Part shown: in pieces, positions 22,233-35,001 of the stretch
How positions within the stretch are numbered: position 1 is the first letter of the stretch
Layout: the number at the start of each line of letters is the position of its first letter
Notes under the pieces: generated by a model
What the model was told of the DNA's origin: nothing
The model's database searches: none
What the model saw: only the letters and a program-made list of their open reading frames with translations
Source: Klebsormidium nitens
Taxonomy: Eukaryota > Plantae > Klebsormidiophyceae
Direction of reading: 5' to 3'
NCBI GenBank assembly: GCA_000708835.1
Contig: DF236986.1
Coordinates: 1-64,000 of the forward strand
Length of the DNA: 64,000 nucleotides
Translations under genes and position numbers: made by a program

Positions 22233-25200
22233 TCAGAGGCCTACGGCTGCTGTGGCCTCCACAGGCGGGTCTGGCAGCGGAGCGCCGAAGTGCGGTTGTA
22301 GGACCTTAGTCATCCCGAAGCCATTGAACCTCTCCTGACCCATCAGCCTTGCCAGCTTGGCGTCCGCTATAATCACCCGCTTATCTGCTGGATCCTGCAG
22401 CACGAGTCAAAGAGGCACAGCCTTCAGCTTAGGGTGCAATCCAAAAGTATCTGATCCAGTGCAGACTTGGTTGCTCAAACAAAGAGACACCAGATCAAAA
22501 GAAAAGCTTGTCCAGGAGCCGGATCATTACTGCCTGCAGTCAATGAAGTAGTAACCATTTGTTTATTGGACCCATTTGACGTGCTCTGATGCACAAGCGC
22601 ACAAAGTGGGCCTTTTACTCAGTCAAACAAAGTAGAGAAGAGTCCAGATACAGGGAAATCGTCCAGATTTGCATTAGTTTGGTCAACGCTAGGCTCATCC
22701 AGTGGACCAGAGTCAGCGATAATGGCCATCCCAGGCTGCTTCAAAAGAACTCGTAATCAGCACAGCCTTTTAAATTCCTGCTCGACGTGAGCAACTTTCC
22801 CTCCAAAAGACTCCGTATGATGCATTGACCTGATGAGCACCACAGCAGACTCGTCGAAGGTCAGGAACAGATCACCGTTCAGAATTGGTTGAAGTGAGCT
22901 AAGGAAGCTGTCCCGATCAAGAACCATACCAACCACCAATCAAAACCACAACCACCAATCAAAACCGACCTCCAAACTCCAATCGCGTTGCACGAACATC
23001 GCCCCACCTGGAGATTGTGCTCCTTGATGTAGGCCCACAGCCGCTTGACGACCTCGGTCCTCGGCAGCAGCTTCTCCCCCATGCCAAAGAACTCGGACAG
23101 CTCATCGGAGATGGGCAGCGGGCGTAGCAGGCCCTTGGGCGGGCCGGGGGGCTTGTCGCCCTCCTGGGGCTCCTTCTTTTGCCGCTTGGCGCGCTTCTTC
23201 TTCTTCTTCTTGCCGTCGTCCTCCTCCTCCTTGCCTGCAAAACGTTTGATTCTTGGGTCAGACTCTGGGTCTGACAAAATTTTGTTCCCTTTGACTGAGT
23301 TATTTGGCCCTTAACCAGTACCTGTCACCAAACTTGAGAGGTAACCAGCTTTGAAACAAACTTACAGCCTGGCTGTTGTCCGGTAAACCAAGACTTGACA
23401 TGGGTAATCAGCCTGGTTAGCAGCCATATTCTGTGGTTTCTGGCAAGCATTTGGTGAACCAGAGTCGTTGCCCACACTGTCCTCGTCATTTGCAAGTCCT
23501 TTGAAGCTACAAAGTCAAGCCCTATTTGAATGCCAAAACTCGCATGAGACTGTCCTACTCCAACAGATGCACAAACCTGTAGCTTACGATACCAGTATGA
23601 CCGAAGGTCTCGCATCTTGAATCAAAGGCTTGACAAGCGATGATGTCTGACCTGAAATGCCAGGCGAACAGCAGCTAATGAAGCTGCTCCGAATCAGGCA
23701 CGTGATCATTTGCACGACTTCATTTCCAGCCAGTCTGACTGGCTTTACGGATGCAATGAAGCAGGAAACGCATCTTGATTCTCACCCTTCTTTCCTTTCT
23801 TCCCTTTGGGTTCATCATCTTTCGCTTTCGGCTTTCTTGGTCTTGGCTTGGGCTTGGGAGCATTGGGGTCTGCAGAAAGACAACATGTCTCCTCAGCAAC
23901 TGGCGGTGGTGAGTGACTGACAGTCACGGTCTACCGTCCTCCCTTCTACCTTCTATCTGGCATGGAAGCAGGACCTTGGCCCACTCTTTTCCTTGATTCA
24001 TGACTCAAGGCATCTGTTCTACCCAACAGAATATTGCTTTACTCAACCTCTTGTAACAACAACCAAAGCATCGATATGCAGAAACTGCAGTGGACTCTCT
24101 GGCAATCCCTTCTCCTCATGGTCGATTCCAATCCTGTGATTCTTTCTGCCCTTCGACTGACCGAATCAACAGAAGATCGCGCCACTACTTGTTCGCTGAA
24201 TCAGCCATGAATATGATCCAGATCGACTCTGCTCTGTGGGTATAAGAATGAGATTGCAAGAGGCAAGTATGCCTAGCTGAGCGACAAGGAAATGGACATT
24301 AGCAAACACAGACTGAAGATTACAGCAAAGCCCATATTGGTCAAACCCAGAGGAGAGCAACCCCAAATTTGGTGCTGGGAAAGAGCGAACGCAAGCAAGC
24401 AAAACACAAGACTTACCCTTGGGAACGTGGATGGAGAAGATGTGCTTGGCCAGCAGCTTGTTGACCTCAAACATGTTTGTTTCGGTCACTCCAAACAGCT
24501 CCTGGAGCGCCGCATCGCAGTGGATGTTCCGCTTATTCTCAGCGTCCTGCAGGTTGTGCCCCTTGATGTACTCCCACAGCTTCTTCACAATCTGCATGGA
24601 AAACAGAACTTGGTCGATCAAGGTGCAAAAGAGTTGAGGGCAAAAGCAAAAGGTAAAAGGGTTTAACAATACCAAGTGAGCAGAAGCTACACAGGTAGAA
24701 ACTGCAGAAATCAACGTTCCAGCAATCTTTGCGGCAAAGCCTCTAAGCCAGTGGTTGAGGTCGCCCAAAAATTGGATTCTCTTCTGCACCTGACAACTCC
24801 ATAAAGTAGAGACAGAAACAGGATTGTGGATTTCCCCAAACCAATCACTTGCTTCTCAACAGCCTAAACGCAAATAATGCATCAGACATTGCAGCAAGCA
24901 TCTGGCCCTAAAGAGCCGTGAAAGACAGCTTTCATGCTCGAATTGCTTCCTTTTCTTATTCCAAGAGAATTCAACACAATTGGCCTCGCATCAGAGCTGA
25001 TGTACTCATATGCAGACACAAACTACCCTGTCCAATCACCATTCGCTGTCTTCTGAGCAGTTGTCTCTGGCAGAAGACTGAAGCCTCAGTGTGACTAGGG
25101 AATACACTTCTCAACATCCAGAATACACGGAGTAGCAAAATGATCTCAATTCATGTAGTTAGTCCTTCCTCTGAATCTAGTCCATCATCTAGGATATTTA

Positions 25201-26277
25201 CCATCAAGCTCGGTCATAGCCACTCAATCCAGAGAGCGCATCTTTCGCCTAGCAAGTCACTGTCACCACCGAGAAAGGTGCTCCTATCAAGATTACAGCT
25301 CACTGTGATACCCATTCGCCTCACAAAAAGATCCCACGTATACCGCAGGAACCCTGTCAACTGAACTACTCTTGAATCGACGACCTTACCTCATTCCTAG
25401 TTAGCCTGGGGGCGCCAAGAAGATTTGCAAGCTGAGGGGAAAGATTGCAGGGTGTTGCAAAGCCGCCTCCGCCACCTCGCTTACTGGCACGCAAGAAGAA
25501 TGCAAAGTAATCAGCAATTGCTGAGAAATGGAATGAAGTTGAGAAGCGCTCATTCAGAGGCCTCTCACCTCAGTCCTGGGCAACTGTTGCGCTCCAAGAA
25601 GTCTCGACAGCTCAGGAGAGAGGTTGCAAGGAGTAGAGAAACCACCAGCCTTCTTTGCACTGGTCAAGGAAAGAAAAACTGCAACTTGTCATCCAAGGCT
25701 ACAACCACAATTGGTGGCCCAATGCATCATGAGGAATAAAATTTTAGGTAGCCATTCAACTGTACGAAAGCAACTGGCTAGGACCTTCCCAGAAAAATGC
25801 AAACCAGCGTGAATGATGCTGTTCCGATCTGATGTAATCGTTTACCAGAACTTTTGCAAAAATGGTCACTGCCACCTAGCAAGAAGCTATACTGAACACA
25901 AGAAATTAACATCTGGCCATGCATCCAATGTCCTTGTCCGTCTCCAAGGCAGCCCGCTGTCCTGCATGTACTCGCAGCGTTTCAGGTAAAACGGTGCCCA
26001 ATCTGACAGCCTATGATTGAAATACTTACGGTTTCTCCTCCTCGTCGACTGCAGCAGACTCCTCCTCCTCCTCATCGTCATCGTCATCATCCTCCTCCTT
26101 CTGCTGTGCATCCAGATACTTCTGTATCTCAGCCCTTATTATTGTCTTCTTCTCAGTAAGATCTACTCCCAGCTCCTCTTCTAACTGCTTGCGCAATTGC
26201 CGCTCGGTCGTTGTCTGCAGGTCTGCTGTCTTCAGCTTCTCCTGGACACGCCTCGCAATCTCAACGTCGTTCACCAT
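22233..26277 (-). CDS. DEK-C domain + two SWIB/MDM2 domains (UAF30/TRI1-like chromatin protein)
   Basis: MVNDVEIARRVQEKLKTADLQTTTERQLRKQLEEELGVDLTEKK (DEK-C). SWIB1: GGGGGFATPCNLSPQLANLLGAPRLTRNE / IVKKLWEYIKGHNLQDAENKRNIHCDAALQELF. SWIB2: GLLRPLPISDELSEFFG...LPRTEVVKRLWAYIKEHNLQ / DPADKRVIIADAKL. Stop TGA at 22233-22235. Confidence 0.9.
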
Positions 26278-27634
26278 GTTTCCCTTTGAAATACAAACCA
26301 AAGCCAAAAAGGCCCCAAGGTTCTTTACCAGCTAAGGACACAAAATGTCCTAGTACAGCAAGCTCTCAATCAAAGAAGATAACAGGCTATTGGCACAGAC
26401 ACTCAATGACCTGCACGTACTGAGACTGAGCTTTCTGCCCCTATGTGGAAGAATGGGTCTTCTGAGGGACTATCCTTGAACCTCCAATCAGCCAAAGTAG
26501 GCCCCTAGCAACAACAAGGACGAGCCACTCCACCTCTCAGGCCACGGCGCCTTGCGGCACCCCTACAAGGGGGGGACCCCTTGGGGACGAAGTGTCCACT
26601 CCAGAAGGGGAGTCAGGGTTGCAGTCTAGCAACGCCTTCGCCAGTCCAGTCGAGAGCTTTGCAAAGCTTGAGAGTGCACCAGAGTGCCGCTAGAGAGCTG
26701 CTTGCGAAGGGCTTCTTGCGGACTTGACAATTTTCCAAGGCTTCTTCCAGGCTTGAACTTTCAAGTTTCAGCCTTGCAAAAAGACCGAAGACAGAAGTTA
26801 GAACACGTCCTCTGCCGTGCGAAGATAGGCTAGTGCCTGGAAATAATCTCCGAGCAGTCTAGAAAACCTGGTGTCAAAGTTACGCAGCCAAATGTCCTGC
26901 TCGAACTTGAACGAACAGAGTGTGTAGTTCCCGGCTGCTTTTCCGAGGCAGATTTTTAAATCGAGAAATGACGAAGCATACAGAGGAATCTTTTGAGGAG
27001 AAACTCACAGATTGCGTAACGTCGTGAACGTCTTCTAGGTTCAAGATCGTCGCATTTTAAAAAAGGCATAACGCCTGAAAGCAGCTACGATGCGATGCTT
27101 CGAAGCAAAGCAATGACATGTAACGCAAATAATGAACGGTCCGCTGTGCACAATCTGACTCACGAGCTAGGCCCGGTCGCGCGGCGGCCGCACAAGTGCA
27201 AAACTCGAAACCTCTTGCTGGCATTCATCCACGTCATCTTGTAGGCCCGCGGCGCGACGGATGCGCGCACTAGCTACTAAACCAATTAATGATACTCCTC
27301 GCGATCACTCCGACTCCGAGTCCTAGGCTCCTTGCTAGCTTGCACCAAACTTGCCCCATCTCCTGCGCAGCGGTCAGTTGGTGCAGCAAGAAGCGCACGT
27401 TTGAAAGGACACAACTCTGGGCGTGGGTAGCTTTACCCTTTTCCCGCGAACGGAATCTGTTGATTTATCCTTGACGTGAGGGGAGGGAATCATTTCTCAG
27501 TTGCTATCAAGCATACTGCATTATCTTTTATGTTAGTGGTTGCTCGTTGTGGTGGTGCGGCACGGTGGGGAGTGTCGCGGACGATCAACAAAGTCCACTT
27601 TGGGCGTCTGTCTTTTCCACATCCTGCAGCTGCC

Positions 27635-30600
27635 ATGGCATCAGCAGGCATCAGCATGGCTTCGGCCCAGCCGCTGGCCGCGAACCTCTTCAGATCTGCC
27701 ACAGATTCCCCTTCCACTTCTTACTCTAGAGCCAATGTTGCCGTTGATGCTAGAGCATGCTCGCCGGCATTGGGACGCCAGCGTTCACCTCAAACCCTAA
27801 AAGCTCCCATTGCAGCAGTTCTAGGAAACCGTGCTTTTGCAAGCAGCGCGGGCGTTGAAGGAACACGGCTCGCATTGCAGAGGAAACTTTTGCTTGGAAG
27901 CTCAATGCAGTGTGGCAATGCTGCTTCTAACATGAGGACAACTAGGAGATTTCACATCAGCGCCGTTGCTCAGACTCAAAGCTTGACGAAAGAAGGTAAG
28001 CACGAACAGACCCAGAACCGTCATCCAATATATTATTTCTCCTTTGACTTCCAGATCACTTGTTCTGATTCCAATAACCTGCTCATTTGTCATTCAGTTA
28101 CATCAGTCAGGCAAATCTTTCTTTTTGACTTTTCCCATCCCCGTTTCTTTCTCAGAGTACTGCTGTCATAAAGCAGCAAATATGTACCTTGTAAAAGCAA
28201 ACGCCTTCTTGGTGTAAGATGCAATCTGTTTGACCAAGCCAAAGGCAATAGCAAAGAGGGAAGGAGGTGTGGCAGAAGGTCTTGCAGATGCAGTCACCAC
28301 CACTCACTGCTGCACAGAGCTTCTTGAGACGCTTTAGCTTTCGATAGGATCACAGCATGGAACGAAGAAGCCCCGTCAGGATAGCAACCGAACGCGCTGC
28401 TTATTCTCGCATGACTAAGCACAAGTCTTCGAGGGGGATAGCCTCCCTCCTTACGAATTTGCAAGCTTGTAACCTGTAAGAAGGCGGGTACCGCAAGGGC
28501 AGCGTTTGTCGCAGAACTCGCTGACTGGTCATCTCCATGCTTCATCCTCCATCCTTCATTCTCCATCCTCCATCCTCCATCAGCTTGCAAATCGCGAAAA
28601 CCCATCTACGGTTGTATTCATTGACTGGCCAGTGAGACTTTTGCGGCGATATGACGTTTTTGTCGTTGTTATAATGATTTTCTGCAGATGTGGTTAGAAG
28701 AAACGGCCCTATCAAGATCGTGTTGCGCGCCAGCTTCACCAGCTCATATGAAGCAGATTGGCGGATAGATCGACTCTATCTGGGTGTCTGTTATATTGCA
28801 AAAATTGTTTGTATCCATCTTTTGCAGACGAGGTTGAGGTGGACGACAATAGTAACAACGCGTTGGATTCACTCTCACCATCTCATAGAAGCACACTGTC
28901 GATCAGTCTGATTGAATCTCATGACTGATTATCTGTGATCATTGACTGTCGGTCATAACCACTTTGTACAGACGTCGTTAAGGAGGACGACCCCAGCAAC
29001 AACGTGTCGGACGCCATTTTCTCCAAGCTGGGCATCAACCTGCACCACCGGCCGAACCACCCGCTGTGCATCCTTAAGGAAGCCATCTATGAGTACTTTG
29101 AGGGAAGGGAACCTGGAAAGTTCCAGAAGTTCGACAAAGAGCCCCCCGTTGTGACCGTGAAGGCGGTAGGTGCTTCTGAATTGAGGTGTGAGTTGAGGTT
29201 GTTCGTGTGCAGTTTTGTAAGCTTGTATTGAGACCCATTTTGGGCTCCAGCCGACCACGTTACGCTTAATCTATGTGTATCTGTCCAAATGGAGCGAAAT
29301 TGTCACTCTGGAAGACCTTTTCGTTTTCCGCCTAGCTTTGCTAAGCTGTTGGAAATGATTGTCCGCTTATGCCAGCCAGGTTCGTAACCCCATTCTTCGT
29401 GAAGAGAATGTGGTCAATCGCTGAAAAGGCGCGTCTCTTTGCAGAGCCTCAACAACTTCTAGGACCCAATTCAAATCGAAGTGTGCATCTCGGCAACATC
29501 CTTGGCAGATTACTCAGGCCAGAGCGTTCTAATCATCGTTCAACTAAGAACGCGCTTTACGAATCACTAACGGTGATTTGGCACTGTCCATCAGTGCGGA
29601 TTGGAGCCACACAACAGAACGAGTCCATCCGAAAAATCCTTCTGTTGAACGGTTCAAGTCTAGTAATCGCATTCTGTCCACTCGCCTGCAGAGCTTCGAC
29701 GAGCTTCTCTCTCACAACCACACCCCGAAAGTATGCATGAATAGTGTTGGATCGAGCTGAAAACTGTCCCAAAGAATGGGACAAAATTTTCAGCAAACGC
29801 TCAACTGACAATCTGTGCCTTGCAGAATTTCGATGAGGTTCTCGTCCCGGCCAACCACATCAGCCGCAGCTACAATGACACGTACTACGTGAACAAAGAG
29901 ACGGTGCTGCGCTGCCACACAAGCGCGCACCAGGCGCAGAAGCTCCGGGAGGGCCACTCGCACTTTCTGCTGACCGGGGACGTCTACCGCCGGGACGCGA
30001 TCGACGCCACGCACTACCCGGTCTTCCATCAGGTGAGCAACGGAGAAAGAAATCAGTGGTATGCATCTTCAACTTTCGAGCTGGACATGGAATTAGGTAG
30101 TAAGGTTTCATATCCTTATGAATAGCTGCCCGATTGCGTTCTGTCACGGGACATAGCTGCAGACCATCTTGTGTTTCATTAGGTGAGCAGAATGCGGCGG
30201 TATATCTACGAGAGCCCGTGTTTGCTTCAACCTTGTGCAGGTCTTATCCCCTCAGCGATAGGGCCAACTCGGGCCAGAGTCGATTTCAAATTCTGGTTGC
30301 CAGTTCATCTTGTCCGCCCGATTAACCTTTCACACGCATTCTTCTTGTAATTAAAAGGGATTCGATTTTGATTGGACGACTCTGGAGCGGCGAGCGAGGG
30401 AGAAGTAAACGCGTGGCGCATTCACCTGGATTTGGAACGCACTTCATGTTGCTCCGATTGTGCATTTCGCTTGTGCATCCGCCTTATTTAGTTACATTAA
30501 GTCCACTGCTCCGGACCGCTTACGCAGAGCTGTAAGCAAGCAATCAGCCCCCTCAAGAAGTAATGTTCTAGCTTGGGCTGATATATGCTTAGGTTCCCAG

Positions 30601-33600
30601 CCTCCCATCTCTGGTGCAAGTACACTCCAGATTTCATTTTCATGCAGAGCATATCCTGTGCTACATGATCAGTCAACGCATTCCTACAATCCGGAAGAAC
30701 GTAGACGACTGCTCACGACCATCCGGGTCGATGCGGATGTCAACACGTCAGGAACGCGGATCTGACGTCATGTTTTGTCCGTACCCGCAGATGGAGGGCG
30801 TCAAAGTGTTCAGCAACGACGAGTGGGTGGACGCCGGCCTCAGCTCCGTGAACTACATCGAGAAGGACCTCAAGGAGTGTCTAGAAGGCCTGGCAAGGCA
30901 CCTGTTCGGTGAGACATCCGCCCCACAGAACTCTCGGTCGTCAAAGCAGTGGAAGCATTGGATTGAAGGTGCCCTTCTTCTACGTCCCAAAGATTAGTTT
31001 GGGTATTGTGGTCGCTTCAAACAGGGAAGCGTTATAAGCCCGACTGTCAGAGCAGGAGTGTGGAAGCTGGCTTGCCGTTCAGAAGGGCGATTCGAGCAGG
31101 CTGAGCTTCTCGCGCAGGCAACGTAGAGAGTTCACAAGTGCGACTGCTTCTTCCTTGTCACGGACCCTTCGTCCGAGATGGAATTCAAGTGACAAACTTC
31201 GAACTCCAATCCTTCAAATCCCTGAAAGTTGGTAAGCTTTGCTCGTGCTGGCAACGTGCAGTCGCGGTGGTTCATCCCCCCTTTCAGGGACCCCTCCTTT
31301 CAGCAAAAAAAGCCTTCTCACCAAAGCTGTAATTACAACAAACCCAACACCTAAATGACTGTGTTCTCGTGCAGGGGACGTGCAGATGCGGTGGTGCAAC
31401 TGCTACTTCCCCTTCACGGAACCCTCCTTCGAGCTGGAAAAAGAAGTCTGTGAAAATCTAAACCTCTTTTTGGATAGCCGAGCAGGGATCCCAAGGAACT
31501 CAGTAACCTTCAAAAGTTCAAAACCCTAGGGTTCTGAAGCATGGATTTCATATCTGCAGGCGATGTGCCGATGCGGTGGTGCGACTGCTACTTCCCCTGC
31601 ACGGACCCCTTTCGAGGAGCGATTTGACGACAGCAGAATCCTCTAATTCCCAAAGCCTCAAGACTCTAGGTTTCGACATGTGGCAACTTCTGCTTGCGCA
31701 GGCGACGTGCAGATGCGGTGGTGCGACTGCTACTTCCCCTTCACGGACCCCTCCTTCGAGCTGGAGATTTTCTTCAACGGCAAGTGGCTCGAGGTCCTCG
31801 GCTGCGGCGTGATGGAGCGCCAGATTCTGCGCAACACGGGCCGCCCCGACGACCGCGCGTGGGCGTTCGGCCTGGGGCTGGAGCGCCTCGCGATGGTTTT
31901 GTTCGACATTCCGGACATCAGGTTGTTCTGGACTGATGACAAGCGGTTCACGGAGCAGTTCAGCGCCGGGGAGCTGCGCCAGAAGTTCAAGCCCTTCTCC
32001 AAGGTAAGAGTTTGGTGTTTCAGGTGGTTCATTTTTGGATCTGAGCCCTTGTTTAAGGCAAGCGGCACGTGTTATGGCTATGCGCATGCGGTTTCTTTAC
32101 CGATCATCCGCATTGGACGTGTCCGCATCAGTCGGATGTTCAAGAAGCAGGTGAAAGGAAAAGGGGTACTCAGCGCACAAGCACTTGCGAATCTGAGGAA
32201 TCTGTCCTCGTTTGAGTGCTCTTGGAACCTAGTTTGAAAGCGCAACGGCGGGAGAGACGCTTCCCTTTGCAAGGCGGAAGTCAGGCGGAACGTTCTCTCT
32301 TGATGCAAATCAGACAACAGTGGCCCATCGAGCTCTGCGGTTTGCCCACTCCCCTAAAGACAAAGGGACGTTGATCAGTCAATGCTCTCATGAAAGGCCT
32401 GGGTAAAGGCCATACAAAGTTGCTTTCCTCCTTTGCTCGAACTTGAAGCCTTGGCGGCGAAGGCGTTAACATCAAGGCAGTCCGCCAGACCTACTCAGAG
32501 AGACGAGGATGGTGTGAAAGCGGCCCTGCTGTTTCTGAACGGCCTTTCGCTTTTCCGTGCAGTACCCGCCCTGCTACAAGGATATCGCGTTCTGGGTCAA
32601 CGACCACTTTACGGAGAACAACTTCTGCGAGCTGGTGCGGGGAGAGGCTGGAGATCTCGTGGAAGAGGTACGCTGTGGTTCTACAACTTCAAAACTTTAC
32701 ACAGACTGCATTTTCATTATTCTGAATTCTGGGGGTATGTGGCGACCAGAAGCCAACCAGAACCAAAGTCCAAGCTCCCATCCACAGAAGTCTCTCGTTT
32801 TTCTTACTCAGCGGCCAGAGAAGGGCAGGTTAGGTGTTGTCTACTGACCGAGACGCAAGTTCGAGAGACGCAAGTTAGACACCCAGATTCCAGCTGGACT
32901 TGTCTTTCTGGAGCAGTCGTGACTTAGAAAGTGAAGCATCGATTGGAAACCCTGAATCCAAGCCCCGGTTCTGTGGGTCATTGGGACGTTCCCGGCAGCA
33001 CGACTCGAGGTGACCCTTTTTGTGGGGAGATGCTGCCGTGCATCCAAAGTGCTGACAGAGTTTCTTCGTCTTCGGCCTATCTCGTGTGACGAGCTCATCG
33101 TACTGCTGTTCTTGAGCCTTTCACGAAGGCGACCCTCCCTTCGCGCCTCTTACCGCGCGTGGCTTCAGAAGTCGACCTAAAAGCACATTTATCCAGGCCG
33201 CGCCGACCATTTCAGCGCTTTGTTTGCTGCTGTCAGCTCTCTTCACTTCAGAACTTCTTCCAAAAGTCCTTGAGCGGAGTCCTCGATGAGGCGCTACCTT
33301 TGACCCCTCCGCGCTTTCAACTTCCCCTGCTTAGCTCTTTCGCATCACATTCAACGGCCCCGTCTAGCGGTACTTCCGGCGAGTCGATCACTCCCCTGAC
33401 GCTTTTTTCGGTCTTGGCATCCCCAGGTGCAGCTCATCGACGAGTTCACCAACAAGAAGACGGGGCGCACCAGCAACTGCTTCCGGATAACGTACCGGTC
33501 GATGGAGCGCTCGCTGACAAACGAGGAGATTGACGCTATTCAGGTCTGTGCCCTTTTGGTTTGTAGCTTTTCCATGCCTGTTGCCATACGTTTCCTCAGG

Positions 33601-35001
33601 TTCGTTCCCTTCCGTGGATCTTCTGTGAGCTTCCTTACTCGCTTGTGTGGGCTTTCTCATGTGGGCCTCTCCTGTTGACTTTCTCTTCTGTGAGGCTCCT
33701 TCTCTCCGCTTTCTTGTATCGGGTGTCTTGTGTGCGCTTCTCTTGTGGGCTTTTCTCCGTGCCCTTTCTCGTGTTGGGTTACTTACGTATGCCTTTTCTG
33801 TGGGCTTTCTTACGTCGCCTTCTTCTGGGCTTTCTTCTATGGGCTTTGCTAATCTGTGCTTACATACATAGCTTTCATTGGTTGACTTTGTTTATTGGGT
33901 TTTCGTACGAGGGCATCCTGCTGTCGGCTCTCTTTTCCTGGTGCCCTTCTTGTGTCCTCTTTTTTCCTTGGGCTTCCTAAAGCGCCCTTCCTTAAGAGCT
34001 CCGGAGGTTCCGCTCCTGTTTGAGCAGAATCTTTGCTTGTCGGGACGGCCCCCTTTAAGTGTTGTTTCTATCTCTGACGTGGTTCATCAAACGAAATCTA
34101 GTTGTCCAGGCGAGGAGACGTTTCTTGCTGTGCTTCTGAAGAACATGGACGGCAGACAATAGGGGATATACAAACTGGCACATGCATGTGGGACGCCCGA
34201 TCCAATGCTTTTGTGGGGCTAACCAGAGCAGTGCTCATACTGCACTGCATGGTGCCCCGTCCTTGCACTCATTCTGAAGTGAAAAACTCGTCAATGGTCA
34301 GATATCGAAGGCTAGTTTTAACCACCGCATGCACGAGGCAGATCCTACTTGATTCTGTTGCTGACTGTGCCTAAACTCTTTGCCACATTTCTGTATCATA
34401 ATGAGGCACGACAAGACGTACCTGATCCAGCTTTGTCTGCTCCTGTCCCCGTCTTAAACCGAGTCTTTGCTCTAATACTTCCTTCTGGCACGTGGTCTGG
34501 ATTGTGCTTGGTCGAATCAGCTGTTTCTGCTGCTCTGATGCTCTGGTGCTTTTGTCACTTGACCTCAGGGAGGATGTGTAAGAGTCACGTAAGAGGGGCG
34601 GTCAAAGGAAAGCAGCCTGTTTCACTCGATCTTTTGTTGCCGTCTCCGCGATCGACCTGGTCAAAGCCACTCAACTTGAACGTTGTGCTTTCTCCTGATT
34701 TGTCATGGATGTCAACACCCCTGATTTCGATAATATGACTTAGCTTGACAATCGACCGGGCAGGCTTCCTGTGGCGCTTTTTCCAGCTGCTATTTCAACG
34801 ACAAAAAGGCTACGGTTGACAACGTTGAGCTGCTACTCATTTGGGCTGCTGCGATTCTCTTTCACAAACATCTTCGAAATCCTGGCTGGTGTGTATTACC
34901 TCAGTTTTTATCAGTCTGCATGCTCAATCACCACGCCCAAACTTCTGCAGGAGAAAGTGCGCGAACAAACTGCAAGCAAGCTGAAGGTGGAGCTACGGTA
35001 A
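27635..35001 (+). CDS. FARS2: Organellar (chloroplast/mitochondrial) monomeric phenylalanyl-tRNA synthetase
   Basis: Transit-peptide-like exon 1, then [27 protein letters not shown] / [24 protein letters not shown]...LRCHTSAHQ...[19 protein letters not shown] / MEG / [13 protein letters not shown]...WLEVLGCG...[24 protein letters not shown] / FDX-ACB domain [11 protein letters not shown]...[18 protein letters not shown] / [16 protein letters not shown]. Confidence 0.96.
28543..28581. repeat. Intronic (CATCCTC)n heptamer microsatellite
   Basis: catcctc catcctt cattctc catcctc catcctc catc. Confidence 0.85.
31138..31690 (+). repeat. Four decayed copies of the acceptor region plus start of the PheRS exon at 31702
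   Basis: Copies at ~31138, ~31254, ~31371 and ~31556 of gcaggcgacgtgcagatgcggtggtgcgactgctacttccccttcacggacccctccttcgag, with related intronic spacers. Confidence 0.92.
33640..33980. repeat. T-rich degenerate intronic repeat (gtgggctttct / gtgcccttt motifs)
   Basis: Many copies of gtgggctttct, tgggcttttct and gtgccctttct downstream of the donor gtctgtgccctttt at ~33544. Confidence 0.7.

Noticed and set aside
27793-27803. Telo-box AAACCCTAA in PheRS exon 1
   Set aside because: Inside transit-peptide coding sequence (QTLK); a single hit is compatible with chance.
31138-31780. Regularly spaced direct repeats superficially like a CRISPR array
   Set aside because: Eukaryotic intron; repeats are copies of the adjacent exon start, spacers are related to each other, and there are no cas genes.
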